From the NCBI GenBank assembly GCA_002189035.1, contig NEEC01000012.1:2914001-2978000 (forward strand): DNA of 64,000 nt, written 5' to 3'. Positions within the stretch are counted from its first letter, which is position 1; the number at the start of each line of letters is the position of its first letter. The position numbers and the translations under genes are program-made. This stretch comes from Utricularia gibba (taxonomy: Eukaryota; Plantae; Magnoliophyta). This document shows positions 1 through 12,500 of this stretch, one piece after another. The notes beneath the pieces are model-generated. The model was not told the origin of the DNA and ran no database searches. It worked only from the letters and a program-made list of their open reading frames with translations.

Positions 1-752
1 AGTTCGCTGTTTTGCACTGCCATGACAACACCCCAATAATGGCTGGGTGGTGGGGGTGGGGGGCTCTCATCCCTGATAAATTCTCATGTCAGTTGGGGGA
101 GAACTCCATTAATTCTTCATCTCCTTCCCCTCGTCTGTATTCATTTCAAGTTGCAACTCATATATAATACTACCCGGAAATAGCGTATTTTTCGAAAAAG
201 GGAGAAGCTGCTCTAGAAAGTATGAGTGAACAGGGATCCCCTTATCTGGATAAGCCAGGGGGGGTAAATTCTACAAGTGAAAAAAGGGGAATTGTGCATT
301 ACAGTCTGTGAACTGAACTCCTTGTCTTCTTCCTCTTCTTCTTCTTCTGCTTACTCGAAGCAGAAGCAGCAGAAGATGAAATTAATGGAGAAGCGGCCAG
401 GGCAGGGAACAGAAGCGAGGACCATAGGACACAATGCAGCAAAAGTGACAAACCAAAAACATTGAATTGCGTGTCGAATGAAAAGGGGACTCCGATTGTG
501 TTCTTTTATTGTTTACCAGCTTGTTAAAATAATTGCATCCTCCTTGTGTCAGGCTTATTACTCCCACCACCACCGTGAGGGCGGGGCAGCATTCAATGCC
601 CATGCGCATTCACCCGACCCGACCCGACCCATTCCCCACCAGTAAATTTTTGAATGCTGGGGAGGATAGATCCACTATTTCTACTGCGTGGCAATGCCAT
701 GAAGAAAGAAAAAGGTCACATGTCCTATTTTCTCTGCCATTACACATGAGAT

Positions 753-838
753 TGACAAGAAGGTGAGGCAGCAGCAGAGGAGAAGGGAAGGGAAGAAAGA
801 AAGAAGAAGACACCCTGAGTGCTTCTTCCTCTTTGTCA
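753..838. ncRNA. Candidate miRNA-like hairpin (miR156/529/535-like arms)
   Basis: TGACAAGAAGGTGAGGCA (753-770) pairs with TGCTTCTTCCTCTTTGTCA (820-838): 14 Watson-Crick pairs, 2 G:U, 2 mismatches, 1 bulge, purine-rich loop. No expression evidence. Confidence 0.3.
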
Positions 839-2656
839 TGTATTCAGTTTGACTTGGTAAAAAAAGTAGTTGCCCCCAACAGGCAACAGGAGCCACATGC
901 CCTCTTCAGTTTCCCTGCTCCCACATGCCCTCTATCTCTCTCTCCCCCTGCAGCTTACCCAAACTTCCATCTTGCCATCACACACACCTCACTACCATCC
1001 ATTCCGCAAACCGGATGGTCCCTTTTCTGGCCTTTTTTATTGCCCCAAAAGGGCAACTTGTTTGATCAAATTCAATGATAGCAGCAGCAGTACCCATAGC
1101 ATTTGCTCCTGCTACTACTACTCCTACACATGCTGCCGACACCCAGCTGACGTACGCCTTCCTTGCTGCGCTTGTGGGTCGGGGTTCACGATGCCAACGG
1201 CCGTCGCCGATGGCCCAGTCCACAGTTCAACAGTCGTGATTGTGCGCGAGATCAATCCGTCACTGTTTCCTGGCACGTGGACGCTGATCCAAACAGTCAG
1301 TCAACAGACCCTCCTGGGCCCTGCCACCACCACCATGGACATCACCCATCAGGCCCAATCAAAGGGCACGGCCCAACTGAATAAACCACCCATATTTAAT
1401 AAAACCAAGAAACTTATATGACGATATTTCATATTAATTACAGATAATAGAGGAGACGTGATTCAATAGAATTATCATAGTAGTATTGTATGAGGTATTT
1501 TTTAAAAAAAAAACATAAAATTATGAGAATTGAATACGAAATATTAGTATGACTCGAAATCGCATGTTCAGAATACCAGCCGCCGCCTGAGGAGTCTCCG
1601 CATCGGATCCATTATCAGCAGATAAAACCACACTCCCCACCCATCGCCGTTTCTGTTCGAATCGCCTTCCTAATGAGAATGAAGCATTGTGGAAGAAGAA
1701 TAACCCCCGTTGGAACAGATTTTTTTTGACGATCCATAAATGGATTTGGCGGCGGTCAATGGGCAGGCCCGGGCGGAGCAGCGGCGGACCTGCGGGGCCG
1801 GGGCCTATGGAATGGCCTGCCCTCTGCGCATTCAATGCGTCCCCCATCTACAAACCTCTCTGATGAGCCCCCATTTCTCTACAAACCCCAAGATGCGATG
1901 ATGCATGGGAACACAAGAGAAGAAACTCCCGATTCATCTCCACCGAGCCACTGCATAACTCATGAAATCCAAACTCACACACAGAACCTCCCAAATTTCT
2001 TGACTTGGAATTCCTTCTCCGGCGTCAGATGCATTGATCCAGAGGGAGGCAAGAAGGGCGGTGTTCCTTTGATATCATGGAACTCCAGGATGGATACTAA
2101 TACTACTACTGCTGCTACTACGACTACCCATTAGGGTGGTGGACCGCCGGCGGCGGGCAGTAAACACTAGACGCAAAGGGCGAAGAAACCAGGTAATCAG
2201 CGATTATAAGCTTTAACGTACCCGGAGAATTTGCCTGAGACTGCACCTCCAACTTGCTCTTGTTGGTAGTAATTGTGGCGAGAAAAAAAAGGCCATTTTT
2301 AGTTATCAATTTTCTAGGTTTCCCTCCTCTCAACTTTTTAAATTCATTTAATCTAATATTTTTTATGTACTTATATTTATTATATATGTCCACTTTCGGT
2401 TTATTGAATTCTTAATTATAACACTATTAATAAAATATTTTTATTTTTAAATATTGATTTTATATTATCGGATTATATTGATTTAAATCATGAAATACAA
2501 TTAATTAGATATTATTATACATTAAATCGAATGGAAGACAAAACGTAGACAAGTTGATTTGGGAAAGGCATGTGAGTTGTTGCCTTATCTGTTGCAGGAA
2601 GGCCGAGAGTTTTTCATTCTCCGCGTTCTCTCTGGTGGGTCGCGGTGTCGGCTCAG

Positions 2657-3767
2657 ATGGGATCAGGGTTCATGCTGGAAGACGCTCCGCCTCCTCAAAG
2701 GGCCGCATTTCTTGAATCCGATTCAGATCAGTCGTTGATGATGAGCTTCTGCGGCATAACATGCGGAGAAGACGAAGAGGAATGGGGCCGCGGCGAGCTC
2801 GAGAGTTGTCTGGGCTTCGGGTCTACTTGTGGGTTCGATGAGCTGCTGCTGCAAGACGTTGTGAGTCTTCCCGGGGAGCAGAATTTTCCGGCAGCAGAAC
2901 GCTCGGAGGTGGTCACTACTCCCAACTCTTCCAACTCCACCGCCTTGTCTACCAATGAAGGTGATGGAGATCGGAAACTAAATAGCCCCTCGCCTCTGAA
3001 TCATGATCGGAGCCACAAGAAGCACCTGTAAGCTTATAGGATACATTTTGAAATGTGATTTATTAGACACACTTTTTTATAGGAAAAAAACTTGTCTTTT
3101 TTGCTCAGTTTGGGAGCGAAGAAGAAGAGCATTAAACGGAAAAGGGAGCCCAGGTTTGCTTTCATGACCAAGAGTGAAACTGATCACTTGGACGATGGGT
3201 ATAGATGGAGAAAATACGGCCAAAAAGGAGTAAAAAACAGTCCCTTTCCAAGGTACCGTTTTGTTTTTTTGAAAATATCTAAAAATATTTATTATTTTTC
3301 ACAATTTATAAAGACCCAATTTTTATTTTTCGGAGAGAAATAACCAAATGTAATCTTAATTTCTTGTTATTAGGAGCTACTTCCGATGCACCAGTACGTC
3401 GTGCGGGGTGAAGAAGAGGGTGGAAAGGTCTCCCGGAGATGGGTCAGTGGTCATCACAACCTACGAAGGCGTGCACACACACCCCTGTCCGATAACGCCG
3501 CGTCTCTCTTTTGGGCTCGTGCCGGAGACCGCCGCGTCAGGATGCGGTGGCGCCGCCCGTCAAGGCGTCTACTCTCAACCCCAATCCATCGCCGTACCTG
3601 AGAAGCTTCAGCAGACGCACTACCTGCCGAGTTTTGGCAACACATTCTGTGAAACACCATTTGGGGCTGCTATGGCTTCCTTGGAACTGCAGAGGGACCG
3701 TGGGCTTCTTCAAGATATGCTGCGGCTGCCTTCTTCCGAGATGTTCAGAGACCCAAAAATGGAGTGA
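2657..3767 (+). CDS. WRKY: WRKY transcription factor, group IIc (WRKY23/48-like)
   Basis: Exons 2657-3027, 3109-3252, 3374-3767 with GT-AG introns. Spliced product has [29 protein letters not shown]-x4-C, and HTHPCP zinc ligands. Confidence 0.95.
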
Positions 3768-4296
3768 ATCCGCCTGCTTTCATGAACCCCCATCCCATAT
3801 GTACATGCAGCTGATCCCGATACCAGAAAAATAGGTGCATATTCAGAAGAATCATCCCATGAAGCAGTTGAATGTGATAAAATAGCATATGATGTCCATC
3901 CACGCAAGACTCCTTGCTCAAACCAATACAAAATTGATGAATAATCGAACGACTTGTACAGCATAAATTCATCAACCTCCCCACTTACTGTTATACGGGC
4001 GTCGATCAATCCAATTTAACCAGTGAAAACCTTATCTTATTCCAACCACAACCATGTGCACGAACAGACTCCAAAATGGCAAGTCAAGCTGCCACGAAGG
4101 CCCAAAATTTTGATGTGTTCGCTCGCCTCTGCTGCCAAAGGTTAACACAAACCCCAGTCGATGTGCACACCTGCGCAAAAAATTTAATGAGTGCCCGAGA
4201 AGGGAAGCCGAATGAGTTAAATAACACAGTATTTAGAACAAAGATAAGCGTGCGCCTACCTATTCTATTAAGAGGAATGTGAATGTTTACTCCAGA

Positions 4297-7200
4297 TCAA
4301 GGGAGCTCGGACACTTTACCAATTGCCACAGTTTTCCCTGTGAAATATATGACGATTCAATTTAACGGGTCAAAGAGAAATACAGAATTCTGGAGTGCAA
4401 GTTATTTCGCATGATAGTTCTCCAACCTTCAGTACGCAGAGTAAATCTCCCGAGTTGTGCAAAATCTGAGAATTTCTCAATGCATATCATGTTATTCAAC
4501 TGAAAAAGGAAAATGTGGTGTTAGTTTGGACATTACCAAGTAAAAGCAAATACAAATGATTTCCCAGATGTGGCTACTCTTATCAATCCAAATTCTACAC
4601 TAATTAATTCCTTCAGTCATCATCAGATAGGGATTCTAACAGATGACGGAGCAATGGAAAACATTCACACAGCAGGCGTTTTACAAAGCCTACCTGAACG
4701 CGGCATACTACGTAAGCACCTTGCTTGACAAACAGAGGTTTTCTTTTCATTGGCTTTTTGGTTTTGAGATCAATCTGTTGCATCAAGTCAATGATCTCGC
4801 ATTCTTCCACAACTGAATGAATATGGAGAATAGCCTTGTAGCCAGCACAAAATATTGCCTGAGGTCAAATTTTCAAGGTTAAAAAAAAAGTTGTGTGCAC
4901 ACTACAGGTTGATAGTATGCCAGCGGATCTAAAGAAAGAAAATCAACACAAAACACCAAGGGCATCGCTTACATTGTCAACCAACTCAAGGATTTGCAAA
5001 TGAGCGTCAAATTGTGACACCACAGGTATCGGCTTGACTGCATGTAAAGGGAAATTCATACTTCAGGTGATACACATATGTGAAAGAATTTTATGCACAA
5101 AAAAGTTCCAGAACTATTTCCAATTGAACGGCCTCCAAGACCAATTTGCAACCCACTACACAAGAATAAGAAAATCAATTCATCCCATCATAAGCAATAT
5201 TAATTAGAGAATGATCCCTTCAATCCTATGGATCAAAAAGAAACTACAGGCAGTGAGAAGTGAGAAAATGAAAGGTAAAAAGTGCAAGGAGACTGAGCAT
5301 TGAAGCCTACCAATGCTGGATAGAACAAAGCCTGCTACAATGTCTTCTTCCTCGATGCCAGATACCCGAACCCGCAAGTTCTCACCAGGTCCAGCCCGCC
5401 GAACTCTATTTTCATCACAAAATATGGCATTAACTTTCACCTGGACCTGAAAGACAGAAAAGTTGATGCAACATATCCAGAAACATATCATATGTTCCCT
5501 AAAAAGAACAACAATCTTCATACACACCTTATTTGGCATGACCAGCAGATTATCACCTTCAGTAATAGTTCCAGATTCCATTTTCCCCATGACCACGGTT
5601 CCCATATCTTTAAATTTGTCTATTATAGGCATTCTGTCAAAAAAAAAAAAAGGCACCACTAATTGGTGTTAGGAAAATTTTCTCATGACAGATGGGAAAA
5701 ATGTATACCAAAACACATGCAAATGGAAAAAAAGTTTTATTTCTTATGAAGGGATTCAATATACGGACAAGAAGCACACACAAAGAAAGATGAGAATCAA
5801 CCGTAGAGGAGCATCAGGATCTCGCATTGGAACTTCAATAGCGTCTAGCACTTCAAAAAGATATTTCCCTTCCCACCATGGGCATACAGTCTTATCAACA
5901 CGAGTTTTCATATTTGTACCAAGAAGACCAGATATCGGTAGGAAATATACATCTGAAACAATTGGAATCCGCAAAGAAAAGAAATGCCACTTAGACATGT
6001 GGGTGGGGTGCAAAATTAAATGCAAGAAACAATTTTCCAACTTACCTTTCTTTACATTATAGCCGGATGACTTTAAAAATGACTCCATCTTCATTTTGAT
6101 TTCATCAAACCTACAGACCATACCAAAACATGCTCACCAATTGAGGCATGGAAAGAGGACTAAAAACCTAAGCAAACTACCTTTCTTTTGACCACTTTAC
6201 TGTAGGCTCATCCATTTTATTAACAACGACTATCAATTTAGAAACTCCCAATGTTTTTGCAAGTTGGACATGCTCCCGGGTTTGCCCACCTTTCTCATAA
6301 CCAGTTTCAAATTCGCCCTTGCGTGCAGAAATAACCTGGAATGGAGTGAGAAACACTTATTGGTGGACTAACATCCGAGATGATAATGGTCCTTGCAGTA
6401 GAATGTAGAAAAATTACTAACAAGGACACCAATATCTGCTTGAGAAGCTCCACTGATCATGTTTGGCACATAACTTTTATGGCCCTATAAAAAGCATATT
6501 GCATCTATGTTATTAATAAATAAATGTGTTTGGAACACATCCAAAGAATTTCTAGAGCTAGAAAAATAGTCAATTAAATAGCGAATCCTGGAATGAACAT
6601 GCACAAGGGAATAGAAGCAGGGGGGGGGGGGGGTGATTGAGAACGCACGGGTCCAAAAAGTGAACAATGAGAGTGAGAGTTACCGGTGCATCCAATATGG
6701 TAAATCTGGTGGTTTCAGTTTCAAAGTGGGCTCTACCAACTTCCACCGTTATTCCCTAAGAATAACGCAACTTATTCATACGTTACTGAGAAAAAAATAT
6801 GTCACAGAAAATAACTGCAACTTTTATTTTTCAAACACACAGAAAATGCAATTAGAGTATAGATATAAATAATTTGTATTACTGATAAAAAACTATAATT
6901 AGGGACTTCAAAAGAATACCTTAACCCTCTCTTCTTCATTTGTATCCATAATATATGCCATATACCTATGATTTCATTGGATAATGAATAAATTTCCATA
7001 ATAAAACTTCTCCGCAATACCCCTACGGAGAAATAAATAAATTCGTAGAGTACATTAAACTGCATTTATTGAAAACTGAGACTCAAAAACTTGTGTCATG
7101 AAATACGTACTTACTCACCAGCTCTCTCTGCTTTTGTCTTTGGCCTCTTTTTCATACTTTTGTATAGTACGATCATCAACTTGGCCGCTCAAAAATAACG

Positions 7201-8216
7201 TTTGCCCACCAATTGTAGATTTCCCAGAATCTGAAGATCACAATAGAATCCGCAGAACACATTTTAATAGATCTGCTACGTAATACAAAAAATGTGCATC
7301 GTGTTAGCTCTCAAAAGGCATTAGTTATATTTCATCCCGTACCAACATGCCCGATGAACACAACATTTAAGTGTCTCTTTCTAAATCCATCCTCCACATC
7401 AGGAGAATCATTCGATTGAGAGCTTTCCGTTTTTTCACCTGAAACATTTTTCTTATAAAAGATTAAAAATCAGATATAAAAGTAACCTACAATATTCTTT
7501 TAGCTATTTTACTTGCCCATTCATGCTACTACATACCTCTATCTAAATCTTGTTTATTTAAAACAGCAACATCCGTCCCAGAATCTGATTCAACCACCAA
7601 AGTACGATCTAATGAATCCAGTAAGCAGAGTAAGAATTTTTATACAGTTCAATTTCTATACAGAAGTAAGGTAGCACCACAACCTTTATCGGATTCATAA
7701 AGATTTTGAAGTGCTTCAGGTTTCACCTCAGCACTACAAGCCACCACAGTCTCATCTGCTTGAAACTAAAATGTGAATAATGTGCGCTATTCATCATTGA
7801 AGAAAAGATAAGTTATAAAGATTACAAAAAAATCCAACCTCTATCAGATTTCTCGTCATTCAAATCTTCACTAAACCTACTGCTTTCTGAATTATGTGCT
7901 GCACCATCCTCTAGAAACATTAGTACAAGCACGTGGATGGCCATCGTTCAATGAATTAGATAAAGAAACGCACAAATCACGCATCCTTCATCATCAAAAA
8001 TTTATAAGAGTAAAGAAATAAGAACTCCTGCATCCTTCACCATCAAACGCCTCTAAAAACTTCATAAACCATATGCTTACCATAAGAATCTACAGATAGG
8101 GCCTTGAGGTCCTCTTCAATATCTGCAACAATTCAGATAAATTACAAACTCAAAAGTACAAGGCAGTGAAAATTCATCAGACCTTGAGCACGGATGCCAC
8201 CGCCCAATTCCGACAT
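4297..8216 (-). CDS. ERF3: Eukaryotic peptide chain release factor GTP-binding subunit eRF3 (multi-exon)
   Basis: Exons encode [11 protein letters not shown]|[65 protein letters not shown], and C-terminal [13 protein letters not shown]. The start at 8216 ([11 protein letters not shown]|DIEEDLKAL) is less certain than the body. Confidence 0.93.
6620..6633. repeat. G14 homopolymer (C14 on the eRF3 sense strand, intronic)
   Basis: 14 consecutive G in an otherwise AT-rich intron. Confidence 0.9.
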
Positions 8217-8537
8217 GACGTGAAAATCAGTGACAGGACGGAATTTCAACCGATACAGTAGAGTAAGCAAACTCAGACAACTGCAAAAAAATCAAGGGGC
8301 GGAGGTAATCCACGAGAAGCATGTGAGGATTGGGTGTCATGAAAGCAGAGACAAACGTGCACGGAGAGTCTGCTAGTTAGGGTTGGATAGCCTCAGAATC
8401 CAAGGCCATCGCCACCGGCCCAGGAAGTAAGTTTGGGCCCACAGATTGAGTTCCTGATTGGGCCACGAGACGGGGTTTGGACTGAAAAGTACCAAAATTT
8501 TCCCGGAGGCAGAAAACGCGCGAGAAGGCAAAAGGTA

Positions 8538-8608
8538 GCGTGGCGGCTGACGTGGCATGGAGCAGATCATTAGAAGTCGGACACGTTTAAAGGAGGAAGG
8601 ACACGTGT
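8538..8608 (+). promoter_or_regulatory. ABRE/G-box cluster upstream of the LEA gene
   Basis: ACGTGGC at 8550-8556, GACACGT at 8580-8586, GACACGTGT at 8600-8608 and GCGTGGC at 8538-8544, about 210-280 bp upstream of the LEA ATG. ABRE clusters are typical of LEA promoters. Confidence 0.65.
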
Positions 8609-8821
8609 ATCACCAAAACTCCCTCTGCCGTCTCTGCTTGCTTTCCTGTATGTGAAAACTGTCGTCTCGGAATCACTGTTTCTCGGGAAAACACTTCGCA
8701 CTACGGAGAACCATCGTCGATCCACGCCGTTGTTTGATGCCTCATCTGTGGCTATTCTTCTTCCTCGTTGCTGCTGCGCTGACCATTTTCGTTCTGGCGA
8801 TCGCATCGCTGCGGAGTTGAG

Positions 8822-9442
8822 ATGATAATCAAGAGAAACACGCCTCTTTTTCTCAGTTTTTTACTGATCGTCGCGGTCAGTCATCCTGCTGTTGTCCTTG
8901 TCCATGGACAGGCTGAGGGGGCTGTGGCCGGCGATGGTAAGAAAACCTCCGGGTCTTGGGCTGAGTGGGCAAAGGACAAGATCTATGAGAACCTGGGCTT
9001 TGCCTCTGGCCGGAAGGCGACCGGCGCTGCTCAAGGTAATCCATATTTCTCCTCTGAAGACGAATCTCTACATATTTTTCTGAATTCCACATTCCTCGGA
9101 TAAAAACCTGTTTGCAGATGCTGGAAAATACGCCTCTAAGAAGGCATATGATGCTGGAGGAAAGGTGGAGGAGGCGGTTGAAAGGAAGGCGGAGGAAGTG
9201 AAGGACGCAGCAGAAGAAAAATCAAAGAAGGCCGGGGAAGAAGCTAAGGAAAAAACAGGGTATGCGAAGGAAGAGATGGAAGAAAAATCCAAAGAGGCAT
9301 CGGAAGGTGTGGCGGAGGGGAAGAGGCGAGCGGAGGAGCATTTGAAGTGGGCGAAAGAGAAGGCTCAAAAAGGATACGAAGCTGTGAAGGAGAAAGCAGA
9401 AGGGATGCGCGAGGCAGCCAGGGGGCTGAGGAGGAGCTATGA
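8822..9442 (+). CDS. Secreted/ER-type late embryogenesis abundant protein (group 3/D-29-like), one apparent frameshift
   Basis: Signal peptide, SWAEWAKDKI motif, A/E/K-rich repeats. Exons 8822-9035 and 9118-9442. Adding one G to G5 at 9421-9425 gives the ending RGAEEEL* (ER-retention-like) and 180 codons. Confidence 0.8.
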
Positions 9443-9520
9443 GACCACTGATGATCCTTCTGCATCCCTGTACCCAAACTTAGTTTCTGTTATTTCAATA
9501 AGCAAAAGTACCTGTTTTGT

Positions 9521-12500
9521 TCAAGAGCTTCTGTCCATGGAACATCTTAACCGCTGGAAAACTCTTACAAACTCCATGAACTGTGGAAAATCCAATCCCA
9601 CTGAGATTTCTGAAGGGTTTCGGCACACCACGAAATCAAATCCTGAGAAAGTTTTCGACAGCATTTCAAGCTTGTCGATTGACAACTTCTCCAAACTCTC
9701 CATCTGAATCAGCTTCCCACTTTGCCCGCTGCTCTCCCACCATTTTTTGACAACTCTGCGATTTGCTTCACAAGGCTCGATAGAAACTAGCCCTTTCAAG
9801 CGAACCCCAAGTCGATATAAAGCAACCTCTGCTCCACCAATACCAGTGAAGAACGATAATACACTAACACCCTCAGGAAATAACCGCTTCAAGACTGATA
9901 GGTGGTAACCCAATGCATCTGTTTGGAAGGAAAGCTTGAGTGATTTAACTCTTTCTAATGAAGTGATCCCAGAAACTTGAGAGTGATGGATTTGATATCC
10001 AACAGACGCTCTAGGTGCTCTGGCCCCAAAGTTGAAAGCTTGTAATTCCCAACCCAAATGAGATTCTTGGCTTCAATATGCTGCAGAAAAGATCTCTGCT
10101 GTTCAGATGATGGGTACCCGTCACATTCTGCCAACTGTTTCCCAAGTTTATCACATAAATGAGATGTAGCTGCAGAGGGATCATACCCAGTCAGGATGAT
10201 GTGCCTCCTGTGATCCCATGAAGGCTTCCATTTTCTTACTGACGGTATAGCTTCTTCTATGGTCATTGGCCCTTTTGGGGAAATGTGAAATCTTTCTTCT
10301 GTAGGGAGGTTATGAACGTAACCTTCGATTCTGCCCAGTGCAGAGTATCCTCGAGTGTCGACAAACTCAGGCTGAATTGAGTATAAGAACTGAGATACTT
10401 TGGCCCATGTATTTTGTGGCAACTCAGTGGCGCTTCCAAATAAGAAATAGGGGCGTTTAGCCACCACACTGGTAAGATTCCTGGAAGGCTTCGGAAGAAG
10501 GCTAGGCTTTCTATCTGCTTCGAGATACAGGTCAATTTGCCTCCAGAAATTTTGTCCATTGGTAGCTGCTAAACTAATGTTCTTCTGTTCCACAATTTCC
10601 AGTGGGTCAATAAAGGTGTTTTCTGTGAGCCCCATCTTCAGTTTCTTTGAGGATGGTTTGCCAAAGCAGCCGCGTATCTGCTTCTTGCCTTTTGATTTTT
10701 CAACATACGCGGACGTTCCAACATGGGATTCAACGGCTGATTCACATTCCTCTGTTTTTACAAGAAGCTCCAATGGAAACTTGAGATCTTCAATATTATC
10801 ATGTCGGAGAGAGGTGGAAGACTGAAAACAACAAGCATAAGTGTCATCCAAGCCGAACACGGTTAAAATTTAGGTTGTACGTAGAGCTGTGATCACCTTG
10901 TCCGCAACAAATACAGTTTCAGGTGCTACTATTGAATTAGTAAACTGTAGCACTGTAGCTTCAGAACCTGAGCAGTCACCAAAAACAACACAGCATCAAA
11001 GATAGCAAGATCAAATGCATTCTGAAACTACCTTATTTACAGCTGCAATGCCGAAAAACAGCTTTTTGCATTAAAAAAAGGCTCACCACAATTCTCAAAA
11101 GCAGTAGAAATTTGACTTTCAGAAAAGCCCATATCAAGCAACTGCAGTGTCTTATCCATAATGCCAAACAATGCCTCATTGCTCTGATCCTTGAGTTTGG
11201 AACAGACAAACATTATGTAGCAGAATTGATGTGAATACACAGATACAGCCAGAAACGCGAGCAATTGTAAATCTTCCTTTCTCTTACACACTGAAAGAAC
11301 TGCAAATCTAAAAAAAAAAAGAAAATTCCAAACCAAAACTTGTGTCCGTGGAAATCCACTTCTCCCAGTAAGAGAAAATTGGTCATGATCACCTGATCAT
11401 TTCAGGAGAAAAGTAATACCTTCGCAGTCTCTTCGCGCCCAGAACAGCTCGCATCCTTTTCATACTTCTGGGTCATCCTTGTGGCAATGATAAAGTCCAT
11501 CAGTTGGCTAATAGAAGCATTTTTTCCTGCCATTGATGTGAAACCAACTTTAAGTCACAGCAACAGAAATGTAAGTATTAGCTTGCACATCAGTTGGCTG
11601 GTCATTAATTTGAAGCTGATATTAGACAGGACACATGGCAAAATGACAAGTTCCTCCTGTACCCTCTTATCATGCTAGCCACAACTTGCCACCCTTATTT
11701 TAGTGGTAAAGATAGCTAAGAAGAATGAAAAACACAAACATATTAAATAAATGAATTTGGATTGTCAAATCAGTAAATAAACGAAAAACCAAACTGCCAA
11801 CCACCAGTAAAGGGTACTGAATCTAAAGAATTTTATCTCCTGAACTGTGGAAGTAACACGAAAATAAGAATCATGCTTCACATAACCTAAGTTGTCCATA
11901 GCAGAGCCAACTTCATCCAGTGAGAAATTCATTTTTAACAAGGATGAAATTTTCTCATTCATATCTCCATTCAGAACTTCAGGATCCTGTAAGAACCGAT
12001 ATTCACAAGTGTTATCAACTCAACTTGAAAAAATATCCAATCAGATTAAGAGTAAATTTTTTATAGTAAAATGTATAGGGTACAAGGTGTACCTCTTTCA
12101 CAGGGTGTTTCTCTTCAAGCTGAGACTTTTTCTTTCCATATAGACCATCAGGTCGTTCAGAAGATAATTTTGACTTATGAAATGACTGATGAATGGAAAA
12201 ACAAGTATAACGAAACTAGCAAGTGAAGGACTCAAAGCAGCAGCTTAAAAACACATTGCACTACACGCAAACTATCAGAAAAAGAACTAAGATAACAAAT
12301 GAGCTTTGCAGAAAAAAAGGAATCAACACCAGCCTGTGACACTATCAAGTGGGCAGAATTATGCAAAATGTAAGCAAGTTACCTTTCTTGCATGAAAACC
12401 ACCTGGACTCAAACCATCTGCTCTTCCAGGGGAAGAACAATCATCAAAGAGTTCTTCCTTGGGTTGTTGCAAATTCTAATAAATGTAGGGTTAGCCATTA

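Noticed and set aside
1-23. Minus-strand ATG in good context (MAVQNSE...) running off the window
   Set aside because: Only seven codons are visible, so it cannot be supported as a gene.
330-380. 23-bp stem with a 5-nt loop (cttctgctt/aagcagaag core)
   Set aside because: Explained by adjacent (CTT)n and (CAG/AAG)n microsatellites; too short for a plant pre-miRNA.
277-1421. Several 60-183 aa ORFs on both strands
   Set aside because: No recognisable motifs, low-complexity content and no consistent splice structure.
2026-2040. GCATTGATCC matching the 3' half of miR393
   Set aside because: The 5' half does not match and there is no complementary arm.
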